A stretch of DNA of 63,931 nt, the filler included, from Intoshia linei (Eukaryota > Animalia > Orthonectida), in NCBI GenBank assembly GCA_001642005.1. It is 6 parts of 6 records of this genome, joined end to end, with 100 filler letters (N's around TTAATTAATTAA, not from the genome) between each part and the next. Parts side by side here need not be neighbours in the genome. Positions count along the whole stretch, not along the records: positions 1 to 18,848 come from LWCA01000775.1; 5 more parts are not named here. One strand, 5' to 3'. The notes under the pieces were generated by a model, which searched no databases, was not told where the DNA came from, and was given only the letters and a program-made list of their open reading frames with translations. The position numbers and the translations under genes are program-made. Positions 1 to 12,849 of this stretch are shown piece after piece. Each line of letters begins with the position of its first letter. Position 1 is the first letter of the stretch.

Positions 1-607
1 TAAAGCCAATTAATGAATTGATGTACACTATGTCCACCATAAAGCTAGACACTTGTACAAATTACACTATTTTCTACGCGTTAAGTGAAACAACTCTTTG
101 GTTATTATTTGATGGTATGAGATCCTTCCACTTTGTAAAAAATGATATTTTTATCAGTAAAATTGTTCAATATCAAAATGAAATTTCAAGAAACTGTAAA
201 ATTAACAATACAAAAAAAAATAAATTCACAAAATTCAACGTTGCTTAATCAAAAGTTTTCAATATAGGATGAGGAATGTTAATGGACTAGTAATATTTAC
301 TCATGTTTTAGAAAAAAATGTATGTATAGTTGAAAATACAAAGAAAGTACAATGTTCAAGTAACGACTTTGTCTGCTCACCAAATTACAGTAGACGTACA
401 AGTCACTATTGCGTTGGTGATAGTGCCCCTAATCAAACTAAAAAACAAATATGTTTTAGTGGAAGAATGCAAACAATAGATTTGGCAGGCTACAATCTAA
501 TATTCACTCCCAGTTACTACGAAAAATATTGTTTGCCAAAATATTTTCATGTTGCATCTAACATTACTTGTGATGATGTTAAAAGACGAAATCAATCAAT
601 TATTTAA
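1..607 (+). CDS. 3' part of an unidentified Cys-rich protein (probably spliced, runs in from the window edge)
   Basis: ORF 269..607 has regularly spaced Cys and a tttag acceptor near 311; no family recognised. Confidence 0.35.
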
Positions 608-769
608 GAATAGAAGCAATTTTTAAAGATTCTTATTCTCTTAAATTTATGAAATAAATTATTTTTGCTAATATTATTTATATATTTAACACATCAGAGA
701 ACATTACTGTTTAGCTTAAAAAATTAATTAATATACTCAACGTTTTGAGATTCATACATTGTGTATGTA

Positions 770-1600
770 TTGGGTCATTCACAAAGTAATGTCGTTGTTA
801 TAACTATAATTAAAACTTTAAAAATAACAATTTTGATTAACTTTTATTCTACAAAATATTATCCATTACATTCAACAATTCTCCTCTAACGTTCCGGTAG
901 TTTCTTAATTCCATTTTGAAAAATACTCTGGCTTTCATTTGTCAAAAAAATATCAAGTTCAGATTTTAAATGCTCAATTGAATCGTATTTTTTCCAATGT
1001 AATGATTACTCATCGACCTAAAAAGGTGATAGTCAGAAGGAGCAATATCTGGAGGATATGGTGGGTAATGTAATACCTCATAATTAAATTATCTTAAAAC
1101 TTTTCTAGTCTTTATAGCAATATGAGATCTAGCATTGTTATGTAACAAAATAATATTAACATTAAAGAAAATTCAAGGTCTTTTACGGTAAATTACATCG
1201 GTCAATTTATCCAATTGTTCGCAATACTTTTCCGCATTAATGGTTTTTTTGTTTTTAAGATATTCATAATAAACTATACCTTTTATATTTCACCAAATAC
1301 TCATCATTACCTTTTTACCATGGAGTTCTGATTTTGGAGTCAATATCGGTGATTCCTGGGAAGATAGCCATTGTTTTTTCAATTTAGTATTATCACAATG
1401 TATCCATTTTTCATCAGCAGTCAGAATATTTTCTAAAAACGGTTTATTTTTTAGTCTAGCTAGTAATAATTGGCATACGTTTTTTCTATTTAATTTATGT
1501 TGAATCATTAATAAATGGGGTACCCATATTCCAGACTTATTCACTTTTTGTAAACTTTTCAAATAATTATAAGCACTGTTTTTTGAACAGTTTTAATTTT
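770..1600 (-). mobile_element. Decayed mariner (Tc1/mariner DD34D-type) transposon
   Basis: ORF 1290..1562 has WVPHLL and TADEKWI motifs; downstream YPPDIAPSDYHLF (YSPDLAP-like) near 1020-1070; stops and frameshifts; mariner-like TIR TA|TTGGGTCATTCACAAAGTAAT at 770. Confidence 0.9.
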
Positions 1601-1817
1601 GATACAAAACCGAACATAAAAATTTGTAGACTATTGATCATGCATGGTACGAATTTGTTAATAAGGTGGACATTGAATTATGCCATTCGTACATTTTTAT
1701 TGAATATACAATTATTACAATTTGCATCTACGGTTTGTAGTTTGTACTAAGTACAAAATCGATCTCAAGAATTATTTTGAAATTGGGAAATGTAAATTTA
1801 ATTAATAACAACACTAT

Positions 1818-2530
1818 TTAATAGTCAGTATTCGTATTTTGATAATTAGCTGGATCATTATTAGTAGCATCGGTTCCTCCACCATTAATATCAAAATTTT
1901 CAAAAGCTGGAGTAAGCTCAATATCGAGGGATTCTTTATAATTATTCCAAGAAAAGAAACTCATAGCACCCTAATATTTGTATTATATATTATCAAGAAA
2001 TAAATAATAGATATTACAAAAGTTCCAATCGAGAAAAAACAAAATGAGATAGCCCCAGGTATACCAGTTTGACTAACATCTTTATAATACTGTTCGTTTC
2101 GATATGTCCAAGAATTAACCAAAAAACAAAAGGTAACGAAATGCAACAAAGTTCCAATAACTAATAAAAAAATAAATTGAATAAATAAAACAATAAATTG
2201 TACCGGAAACGAGAAATTCAAACACTATAATCCAATTACGAACAGTCATGTTTGTTACTTTGTTTGAGTAAATATCAACTCCGATAGAGACGATCAAAAC
2301 TAGGAACGTCAAAACACCAGCAAATATTCCAAATGCACAAGAATGTTTTGCTATGCATTCACTTCCACTGTATCCTTCATTAGATATTGCACCAAAAATT
2401 ATTATGGAAAATAACTAAATGTATCAATGTATTCATGAAAGGTATAAATTACAATACTAATTAGTCGCAAAAATGACATTGGTTTCATCAAGTACTCATA
2501 ATTTACATCTACTCCATAAATGTACACCAT
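1818..2530 (-). CDS. SYNGR: Synaptogyrin-family MARVEL protein; 4 exons (2530-2453, 2414-2204, 2160-2018, 1970-1818)
   Basis: Splices in frame over 38, 43 and 47 nt GT-AG introns; KPMSFLRLISILFSIIIFGAISNEG, CAFGIFAGVLTFL, FVTFCFLVNSW and AISFCFFSI match the four-TM synaptogyrin pattern. Confidence 0.85.
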
Positions 2531-3106
2531 TTTGTTCTTATTTATCTTTTTATAATAATTTATATAAAAAAGAATACAACTTTGTTTTATCAAAATGTAC
2601 AAACAAAATTGTAATGGTATTAAAAATATCAATAATATACAGATTCCAGTTTCTATAACCATTTGACGTGTTTTTATTAGATATATCAGTCTAATGTATA
2701 GATTTCAAACGCTTTGTCAATATTTTCAAAATATTGATTATGTGACGCGATTTTTTGGAAAGGATCAAACATTAAGTTGTAAGCATATTTTTTGATATAA
2801 ATACACACCAGGGTTCGAAAAGGATGCGACAGTTCGAGGCAGTGACGACCAAGACGTTCAACTATTAATTGTAATCTCGTTCTAGATGGCCTTGATTTAA
2901 TCAACACAAATTTTGATTACCGTTCTAACGAAATTAGACGGATGTGGACCGCGCCGCTGCAGTAGCTGGAAAGTTCCCAGTGGGAACTACTGATACATTC
3001 AAATAAACATGGACGGTTCAATTATTGAATGAAATTGTTTGTACCGATTATGAAATTATAGAGAATTGAGTTTATATAAAAACAGATAAAAGGTATTAAC
3101 AAAAAT

Positions 3107-6100
3107 TTATAAATTTTGTTTTTTTCGGTGCAGAGTAATAAATTCTTTGACAAGATTAGCAACGGAATTGGCTTTTTGCATTATTGTTTCCAATGATTTG
3201 GATACGGTGGAATTATATAAATCTGTGGCTAAATTATTTAAATCTTTAACTTTTGTCGGAAATATCAAATCATTGCACGTCTAAAATGATAATGTATAAT
3301 AATGAAAAACAAAATTATAAATTTTAAATACCATTTCAACTACAGTTTTCAAATCTGTAATTAAATCTTTGATATTGGTGGAATGTTTAACGTAGCTATA
3401 ATTAATATTTTAATTTTATCATGGAATACTAAAATGTGTAATGTAATACCTTTCACGATCGGAAAAATTTTTCATATTATTTAAAAAATTTGAAATGGCT
3501 TCATGTATATGTATAACTTTGGATAATATTAAATCTTCATCGTTTTCTGATAAACTAAATTAAAAAAATTAAAATTCAATTACTACTTTAGTAATAATAA
3601 CAATTGTTAGTAATAATCTTTATCAAAATACGCAGTAACGTGTGGTTTTGAACACTTTTCACGGTGAAAATTTCACCGTCAATGTATATAAAATTTCAAT
3701 CACTAAAATTGATATCTTCACCTCCAAAACTGAATTTACAATTTAAAAAATATAAAATGCAGTCATTAGCAGTGTTTACTAGGGGTGTAATAAAATTTTA
3801 AAAATTAAGTGCAGGATCGGAAAAAGTTAAGTAATTAATCAAAAATGACAACAAAAAAAAAATTTAAATTATATAAAAGCTTGCGATTTTAACACATTTC
3901 ACTGTCTGATGCAATTTTATGTACTATCACCACACGTCTGGGATATATGTTTTAATTTAAACTTGTATTATTTTTAAATTACTTATGTGAAAATGTATGA
4001 AAATAAAAGAATAAAGTTTTTCAAAATTATGCTATGTATATCATAGAATACACAGACGTGTGAAGTGAAATTGCTGTGTATAGTATAGAATACACAGACA
4101 GTGAAAGGGTTAAAGATCCCATAAAAAATGAAAATATAACTTTATTTAATGGAATGTTACCACCAAATGTGTTAGCTATGTTTTGAGTGATCTTGTGTTG
4201 ATCGTCATGTTTGGTTGTTCACTTTGCATCTTTAAATTAAATTCTACGTCGTTTACTTTTAATTTTATAGATGTTGAAAGTTCTTATAATTTTATAAAAA
4301 TTATCATTTTTCATTGATAAAAATTTTCACTAATAAAAAAAATAAATGAGGTAGAATTGAATTTAAAAATACAACGTGAACAATCAAACATGACGATCAA
4401 CACAAGATCACTCAAAACATAGCTAACACATTTGGTGGTAACATTCCATTAAATAAAGTGATATTTTCATTTTTGTATGAAATTTTTTAAATATCAAGCG
4501 TCAAGACTCTAGAGTCTAGACCATGGGTGCACAACGTGCGGCCGTACGGCCGTGGGCTATACATCTAATCATGATATTGCAATATACCATTTTACTTCAA
4601 ATTGAAAAGTTAAAATGAGATTTTATTCAAGGTCTATTTAAAATATTCTCCAAAATCGTTTTTTTTAGTGTTGCCATAAAACTGTCATACGCGACTTTAT
4701 TCGTTATTTCAAAAAAAACTATTAAAATTCACACTAAGTTTTTACGTTTCAATTTACTGGAATTTAAAGTGTTATCAATGGTGACTCATTATAAATACAT
4801 AGATATGAATTTAGAATCACCATTCGTGACGAATGATTTGTCACCAATTGCATAAAAATGACTAATAAAATACCTCTTCATTAATTCATAATTTTTAAAA
4901 GATTTACGAGAAGCAGCATATGATGTATTTTTCTATAAAATATTAAAAAAGAAAAGAAATACATTACATTAATTTGAAAGTTTTTAATTGAAGATATTCG
5001 AGAATCATTTAAATCAACTTTTTTGGATATTTTCTTACATAATTGGTTTTTTTCGAAATTTAAATTTTTGACTTCATCAGATTCTTTTCCATTTACTTTA
5101 CAAAGCTTTTCAATCTAAAACAATATAATTATGATGATAATTATAATCGAAGTAAGATTTCTTCATTGAGAACAGTAGTTCTCGATTAAGGTCATAGACC
5201 CCTTGGGGTCCAAAAAATAAAAAATTTGAAATGTGGTTGGGTTGGGATACGTACACTATTTGAATGGGGAGCCACTGATTTGGAAAAATATATTTCATAT
5301 GTAAAATAGTGATGTAAATTTTAAATTACCATTACATTTAATCTTTCAACTTTTGCCATAAGATAAGCATTTGTACTGTTTAATTTTTCAAATTTTAATT
5401 TGTATTCATCAACAAAATCATAATACCCTTTCACTTTGGTATCGGAAGAAGTCGATGATTGCAAGCTGTTCTATAATTTACTGTAATTACCGGTAATAAT
5501 TTTTAAAATCAAGGTTCCAAGTTTTTGCCGTGGCTTATACAATTGGTGATGTATGATTTTTCTGGGTTCCCCATGAACCTAATTTCGAAATTTTTCATTA
5601 ACACCAAATGTTTTTAGTAACCACCAGGGTCGATTTGGACCACTTTGGCAATCTTGACTTTAATAAATTAAATTTTTATAAATTACACTAGAAGTGTTGT
5701 CGTGAGTGTATGCACTTGTATTACTATGCGAATCAGATTTGATGCCGCTTGATATGTTCATATATTTTACATTTTCCATAGGTTTATCTATATTTTATTT
5801 AGTTTTGAGTCTATACCAGTTCCCTTAAACTGGGGTCTATAAATTTCCCACTTAAAATTTTGTAAGATTTATGTATAAATCTTGACGATTTTATAGTAAT
5901 GATCAAAATTTAATGTTTTTTCGTTCTAGGGGCGATAGTATTATCTAAAAAGGTTGAAAATCCCTGATATAAAATAACTAAATGTAATATTACATTTATA
6001 AAAACTTACTAACTATATTGAGTCGACAAATGGCTTCATTTAATATATCAATTATTAGATATGCCATTTTCTTTTCACTTATCAAAGACAAACATTTTCG

Positions 6101-9100
6101 AGTCTAAATTTTGTTTTTAAATGGTGCATGTTAAAGATGGGCAATGCCCATTGGGCATCTATTTTAATAGACTAGAGACTTGATTTAAAAGTTATATAAG
6201 TTTCCAACATAAAAGGTAATCAAGTAACCTCTAGTCTTATTAATGATTATTTACCCATATCTGATATCCTTTTTTATATAAAACTCTTTGTCTGTGTGAT
6301 TTGTGTGTGTGTTATCGTTTATTTCAATAACTAGGAGTTTTAGAATTTTATAAAGTCCACAATTCTATTACAGTTTTTTCTGGGACATAATCAGATAAAT
6401 TTCAACCTCCCAAACTCACATTTTACAGGTCAAAAAGCCCGATTATACTTATTTTGAAAATCAAACGAGTTCAAGAATTTCAAAAAATATACACTCTGAT
6501 ATATATACAAAATATATCTTTAGGGCCAAAACCACAAATGACCCTTTTTTTATAAAAACTGCCCTAGAATTTAAAAAAATTACAGGTGGTACAGTTGTAT
6601 CATGTTAACACACACAAAAAATTTCAATTTGAATAAGTGATGACTTCACGGTCAAAAAAGGATTTTAGTATTCATATATTTTTTTCCGAAATATTTTATT
6701 AAAACAAAACATGTGAAATAATCAACGGTCCGAAAATTAAAAAAAAATTATTCTGATAGAGCTTATACCAGTTAATATAAACACAAAATTTTAAAAAAAA
6801 TGTACATTGAACGTCAACAAATTTTCAATAAAGAAATATGGGTGAAAATCTACATAATTCATTTCTTTGAATTTTTTTTCATTGCTACGCAATTTTTGAT
6901 TCTCAAATATTAATTTTAAAAAAATTTAACAAAATTTATAACTGCAACAACTAAAAGTATAACTTTGTTATTATCATTTTTGTATTTATGCTTTCCAATG
7001 TTGGTAAAATTCATCCGAAATATGTTTTTAAACTTCTGCTTTTGTTAATTATTGATACAAAATTGATATTTTTTCACTCATCGAAAGCAGATACTGAATA
7101 TACAGGTTTATTTACAATTTAATTTAAATCTAACAGTTCGATTAAATTTAAATTTTTAATGTTAAAATTAGATAAGTCCGCCATCGGCAGAGCTAGGTGC
7201 TGTTTGTATGTAGTACAAAACAGACAAACTAGTTTTATATATTATTATTACTTTATTTCGATGAGCCGGTAAATTTTCATTTTTGGGTAGATAGCCAACA
7301 ATGGTCTCTTTAGTTTCCATAAGTTTTTTATGTACTAAAATGTTTTATTTGAAAATTATTGACAAATTTAATTGGTTAATTATACTAATTTATCCTAACT
7401 TGTATAAAACTATCTGTCTGTCTGTGTGTTGCAGTTTATATAAATAACTAAAAGTCGTAGAATTTTAACAAACACAAATTCCAAGTCAGATTTTTCCGGG
7501 CAGTTATTAAGATAATTGTGAATCTCAGAAACTTACCTCTTCTAGGTCGAAAACCCCAATTATCCCTTTTTTTTAAATAAAATAATTCCTAGAATTTAAA
7601 AAAATATATACTCTGATACAGATTATAAAATCATTGGCATTGTCATAAATTTTAATTTCAAAAAGGTATGTCTTCAGGGTAAAAACCACAAATTACCCTT
7701 TTATTTAAAAATTAAAAAAGTCCTAGAATTTTATAAAACACACATTCAATGATATTTTTTTTTTAATCATAAATATTATCATAAATCGAAATGTCAAAAC
7801 AGTTCATTTTTATGATCAAAACCCCAGAGTGCCTTTTTTGTAAAAAATGAAAATAGTCCTAGAAGTTCAAAAAAAATTACAGCACATACATTTATATCCA
7901 ATACATTTAACATATACAAAAAATTTGAATTTGAATACTAAAGTGACGTGTTCTCGGTCAAAAACACTTTGGTATTAATTTTTTTAAAATTATCAATAAT
8001 TAATGGTCCTAGAATTTAAAAAAAAAATAATTGATACATACATGTCTAATAAATTAAAAAGTCGGCCCTCTGCAGAGCTAGCCGCTTTTTGTACCAAGTA
8101 TAATGTACAATAATAAAATAAATTCTTGACTGAGGACTGAAACGTTTATGGGAATGTATTACTATAGAATGTAGTTTAAATTATAAAAATTACAAAATTC
8201 ATTATGTCTTCTAATACATTCATCATATATATCTGTGGCCAAATCTAAAAAGTGTTGACTGTTCATCTATCAAAATAATGAAATATATTGACATTTATTA
8301 GTTGTACCGATTTTATTTTTTCTAAAGATTTTTGTTTTTTTTGTACATCTATTTCTTTATTACTGGAAAAATATTGTTTAATTTTTGAAAATTTTTATGT
8401 AAAACATTAAATATTACTCTTCTATTATTTTGGGTACAATAAAATCGCAACTATTTCGGTGGGCTATAAAAATAATTATTAGTTTATAATACTATATCAT
8501 TCTATTGCATCTATACCAGTATTTCTAAAACTGGGGTCCACGGACCCTAATGGTCTGTATAATTTAATATAATTTATCCAGGATTATTTCTACGAAATAT
8601 TTTGTACTAATCATTTATAAATCATGGCGATTGTATAATTATTAATTATGATTTAAAAATATGATATCAGACTTAAATTTTGAAAAATGGAAATTCAATA
8701 ATGCTTTACTTGGTGTTTCATTGCAGAGATAATGGGTAATACTATCAGTTAGTTCGTAGTTAATTTCGTGCATTCTCTGCCCCAATTCCAAGTGGTTATT
8801 GTTGATTGAGTATTCCACAGCGGTAAAGTTTGAATCGTCTTGCATAGAATAATCAGCTCCATAAATTATTAACATTTCGGCTTGCAGAGCACAGCCTTTG
8901 GAGCATGCTTGGTGTAGTGTATACAAGTTAGTTTCCTTAAAATTTGATTATAAGTAATTATATAGGGTTTTCGACCAATTACAGTATATTGGCAATTAGT
9001 TTAATTTTTAAGTTTAGATTTCAAACAATTATTATTGTATTATAAATGATAATACACACAAAACGTCTGTAAACTAATATTATGTTTACTAAACATACTG

Positions 9101-12100
9101 TGGTTGAAATCAATACAATAAAATAACATATTTTTTACTGTTGAAAAATAGTTTGGATCGGCCCCAAAATTTAATAGTTGTAACGTTGTGACTAAATTAT
9201 CTCGCATAACAGCTCGATGCAAATACTAAATTTCAATTATTATTATAAAATTTACAATTAACGTTGTTTAATTCTTCCGAAGTATAGTTGTATATAGTAG
9301 AATCCAAAAATCGGACATCCAAGTATTTGCTATTTATAAATTTTTCCTTAACTGTTCTATAGTTGTTTTTAGTATAATTTAATATAATTTAAATATTACA
9401 GTGTACTGTCTTTGTTTGGCTTATAAGTAGCATTAATATCGGGTGACATTCTTTGTGGTTGTGATAAAAAATATTCCCAAAAATCGTTAGATCCTTGAGT
9501 ATTCAGTTTTGTAATTAGCTAAATATCCTTACATGTATGTTATATTACATTATCCTTACTTATATAATATGCTACGCAATATTTGTTTGTATGTGTGTGT
9601 TATAACACACCATTGTTACAATTTTATAGAGTCCACATTTCAATTACAGTTTTTTCCGGGACATAATCAGATAAATTTTAACCTCCCAAACTCACATCTT
9701 ACGGGTCAAAAAGCCCAATTGTCCTTTTTTTGAAAATCAAACGAGTTCGAGAATTTAAATTTAAAAAAAATATATCTTCAAGGCCAAAACCTCAACAATT
9801 ACCTTTTTTTTATAAAAAAAGCCCTAGAATTTAAAAAAATTACAGGTGGTGCAGTTGTATACTGTTTACACACACAAAAATTTTCAATTTGAATAAGTCA
9901 CAATTTCACGGTGAAAAAAACATTTTAGTATTCATATATTTTTTTTCTGAAATATTTTATTAAAACAAAAAATGTGAAATAATTAACGGTCCGAAAATTA
10001 AAAAAAAGATTATTCTGATAGAGCTTATTCCAGTTGATATAAATACAAAATTTCAATCCAAGAAATCTACGCATTCCCGGTATAAAATAATTTTTAATAT
10101 ATTAACCAATATTTTTCAAATATTTTCGATTAAAATTTAACTTGAAAATGGAAATATTGATCCTACAATTTCAAAAAAAAATGTGTATTAAACGTCTACA
10201 CATTTCCAATAAAAAAATATGGGTGAAAATCTATATAATTCATTCCTTCGTAATTTTTTTCATTGCTACGCAACTTTTAAATTTCATATTCTCATTTTCA
10301 AAACATTTTGTTTCAAATTAATCAACTTAACAACGAAACTAAAAGTAATACTTGTTGTTATTATCATTTTTATATTTATTTCAATCCTTTGCAATATTGG
10401 TAAAATTCGCCTGAAATATGTTTATAAAGTGAAGATTCGGTTAATTATTTTATACAAATTGGTACTTTTAAGTATTTATTAAATTGGTACTGAATATATC
10501 ACATTGAAAATGACAAAATAGTTTTAACATAACATTCAAATAAATAAAGTTATATATATTAGTTATTGTAGAAAATTTTTATAATGGCAATCGTTTCGAC
10601 AAAAAATTCTCAAAAATAATTATTTTTCAGTTTTCTTATAGCCATAAAATTTCCAAAAAAACTATTAAAATTCACATCTCTAATGTACACTGTACATTTT
10701 ATTTTTTAAAATGAATTTCTATCTTCATTATTGTGGTTTTTACAAAAGATATTTTTTTTGAAAATTATTAATAAAATAATGTAAATAATGTAAAATTAAT
10801 TTTATGTGAGACAAAGTTCGTTATATCATTTTCTGGGAATATTATTTGCTTAGAAAGAGTAATGACCATTTTTATTAAAAATTTTGTATGTCATTGTAAT
10901 ATTAAAATACGCCATGTATTTGTTGATTTGTAATTAGGATAAAATATTCTAGAATGAAATAATAATGAATTTAGCATATATACATTATATAATATAATTT
11001 ATAGTGCTTTCTTTAACCCAATGGTTCCGAATCGGGAATTGGGGTCCCTGGATCCCTTAGGATCAAAAACTATATGCCTGGCGTCCGTCAGATTCAAATA
11101 AAATATGAAAAAAAAATTTAAAACATTTCTTTATTTTTATAGGAGAATTTTTAAATTTTATTACAGAATTGCCAGATTTTTGGAATTTATCCAAGCCTAT
11201 ACTTCCGCACATTATTATTTAAAAAACCCCAATTTTATTCCACCATTAATAAAATTTAATAAATGTTAATAAAAAATACCAAAAAATTTCAAACACTCAC
11301 GGAAAAATCGACTTTTATCGATATTTTTATAAAAATTCACTTAATCCAACCAAAATATAAAACATTCCTTTTTTAAAATATTTTTTTGATAAACGATTTT
11401 ATCAAATCTTATAGAAAAAACATTTAATTTTTTCATATCATGTTTCCTTTGGGGTCTAAAAAAATAAATATTTTGAAATCATTATAATTATGATCCCTAC
11501 ATTATTTGAATCAAGAATCACTCTTATATTGCTTCCTTTAACAGAATAAAATTTGGTATTCCGTCGTCGTGTTAATTGTTTTACGTCTTTGTATTAAATG
11601 TTGAATTAAAAAAGTTGTCATATTCGTAGCAGTCATGATACATGCAATTAAATACAAGAGCCACTAGATTAATACGGACAGGCAATAAGAGATTACATTA
11701 CGTTTTATTTAGTTTCGTATATTTAGCAATTAAACGTAACCTTCATAAAAATTTTATAAAAACAAACACATTCCAAACATGAAATAATTGTCTATATAAA
11801 AAAATAACTAGATAAAGAATGTGTAGTACACATGAACGAAAAACGTAATGTTGATTAAATCAACACAACGTGAATACGACTTTAACACTATTAAAAAAGC
11901 ATTCATTTCACTTTCACCTTTACATTTTGAGTAAAATAAATTTGATGTGAATTTGATCAAATAAAACCTTAATTAAATTTGGGTGCCAACGTCCTCTATA
12001 AATGGTTTTTATATTTGATATATGTCTTCCTAATTTTCTGTGCACAATGGCACATTGATTGCAAATGAATACGCCTAGATTAAGAGAACACCAATACACG

Positions 12101-12199
12101 TCTAATAATGAAATAAAAAAAATTACAATAATGAAAGAGATATATACCAACATCACCACAATCGTCGCATACAAATTTTTTTACAATAATGGGGTCCAT
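3107..12199 (-). CDS. GIT: GIT1/2-like ARF GTPase-activating protein (ArfGAP zinc finger, ankyrin repeats, Spa2-homology domain, C-terminal helical domain); multi-exon
   Basis: CDDC...CNQCAIVHRKLGRHIS; LHRAVMRDNLVTTLQLLNFGADPN; LHQACSKGCALQAEMLIIYGAD...YELTDSITHYLC; FLDLATDIYDECIRR near 8210-8265; last exon ends KANSVANLVKEFITLHRKKQNL* at 3107. Central exons only partly traced. Confidence 0.9.
3893..4109. mobile_element. piggyBac-type MITE, copy 1
   Basis: TTAA on both sides; right TIR GACAGTGAAAGGG, left TIR slightly mutated; near-identical to 54085..54298. Confidence 0.85.
4120..4479. mobile_element. Foldback element / long-TIR MITE with ~110-bp inverted arms
   Basis: 4120-4228 is a near-perfect reverse complement of 4370-4479, around a ~140-bp AT-rich spacer. 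Confidence 0.8.
5173..5277. mobile_element. Short hAT (Charlie-like) MITE; relatives near 11030-11523 and 44420-44685
   Basis: CAGTAGTTCTC...GAGCCACTG termini; shares the subterminal TACACTATTTGAAT.GGGA.CCACTG with 44660-44685. Confidence 0.6.
6267..7232 (+). mobile_element. Full-length non-autonomous Helitron in a GIT intron
   Basis: A|TC 5' end, TGTC/TGTG microsatellite, 3' hairpin then CTAG|T, no TSD. Confidence 0.85.
7393..8103 (+). mobile_element. Diverged Helitron copy with ~132-bp internal repeats
   Basis: A|TCCTAACTTGTATAAAAC start; degenerate GCCCTCTGCAGAGCTAG 3' region. Confidence 0.75.
9553..10510 (+). mobile_element. Helitron copy, 3' terminus not seen
   Basis: A|TCCTTACTTATATAATATGC start; collinear with 6267..7232. 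Confidence 0.8.
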
Positions 12200-12849
12200 T
12201 AGATCTCGTGCAAATTATAGTTTTATAAAATCTAAATATTCAAACCGTTAAGATTTTAAAATGAATGAAAAGTTACAAATTGTATAAATAAATTTAAATG
12301 TCAACATTTTAAGTAAATAAAGATGTTAAATGTACGCATTAAAAAATCACCTTTAAAATTTTTTTTAATTTTAAAGGGTAATACATTTATTATTACAAAC
12401 ACTTTCATATGTGACACCATTTTATTAATTTAATTTTGATTTATTTTAAACAATTTTATGACACAAAGAATTTAACTAACAATTTGTAATTTAGAAAATT
12501 TGAGAGAGTGAATTCATATGGTCTCATGTTGACTTAATCTGATAATAGTTTAAGTTAACATTTTTAAAATGATTATTGATAAGATAAATTTTACAGTAGA
12601 TTTTATTCTTAAGTTTAGACTATGAATTATATTATTTATAATTGTGGTTGGGAATCCCAACCCCGTTTTTTTATTTTGAGTTTTTATGATATACTATTAC
12701 ATATACTGTATGTATGTATTACCATGAATATGAAATTAGAGGTGTAGAGTTTTTAAAAGACTATTCTGGACAATTTTTTAAAATATTAACGTTATCGTAC
12801 ATTTCAACCTCAAAAATATACAATTTCGTGGTAAAACGTTTAATTTAAA

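Noticed and set aside
8125-8150. CTGAGGA-CT-GAAAC minimal hammerhead-like core (similar near 27713-27727)
   Set aside because: No convincing flanking helices could be formed by eye.
10219-10482. Apparent small gene families (MGENLYNSF... at 10219 and 26510; 12852 and 41380)
   Set aside because: Chance ORFs inside Helitron copies; frames are not conserved across copies.
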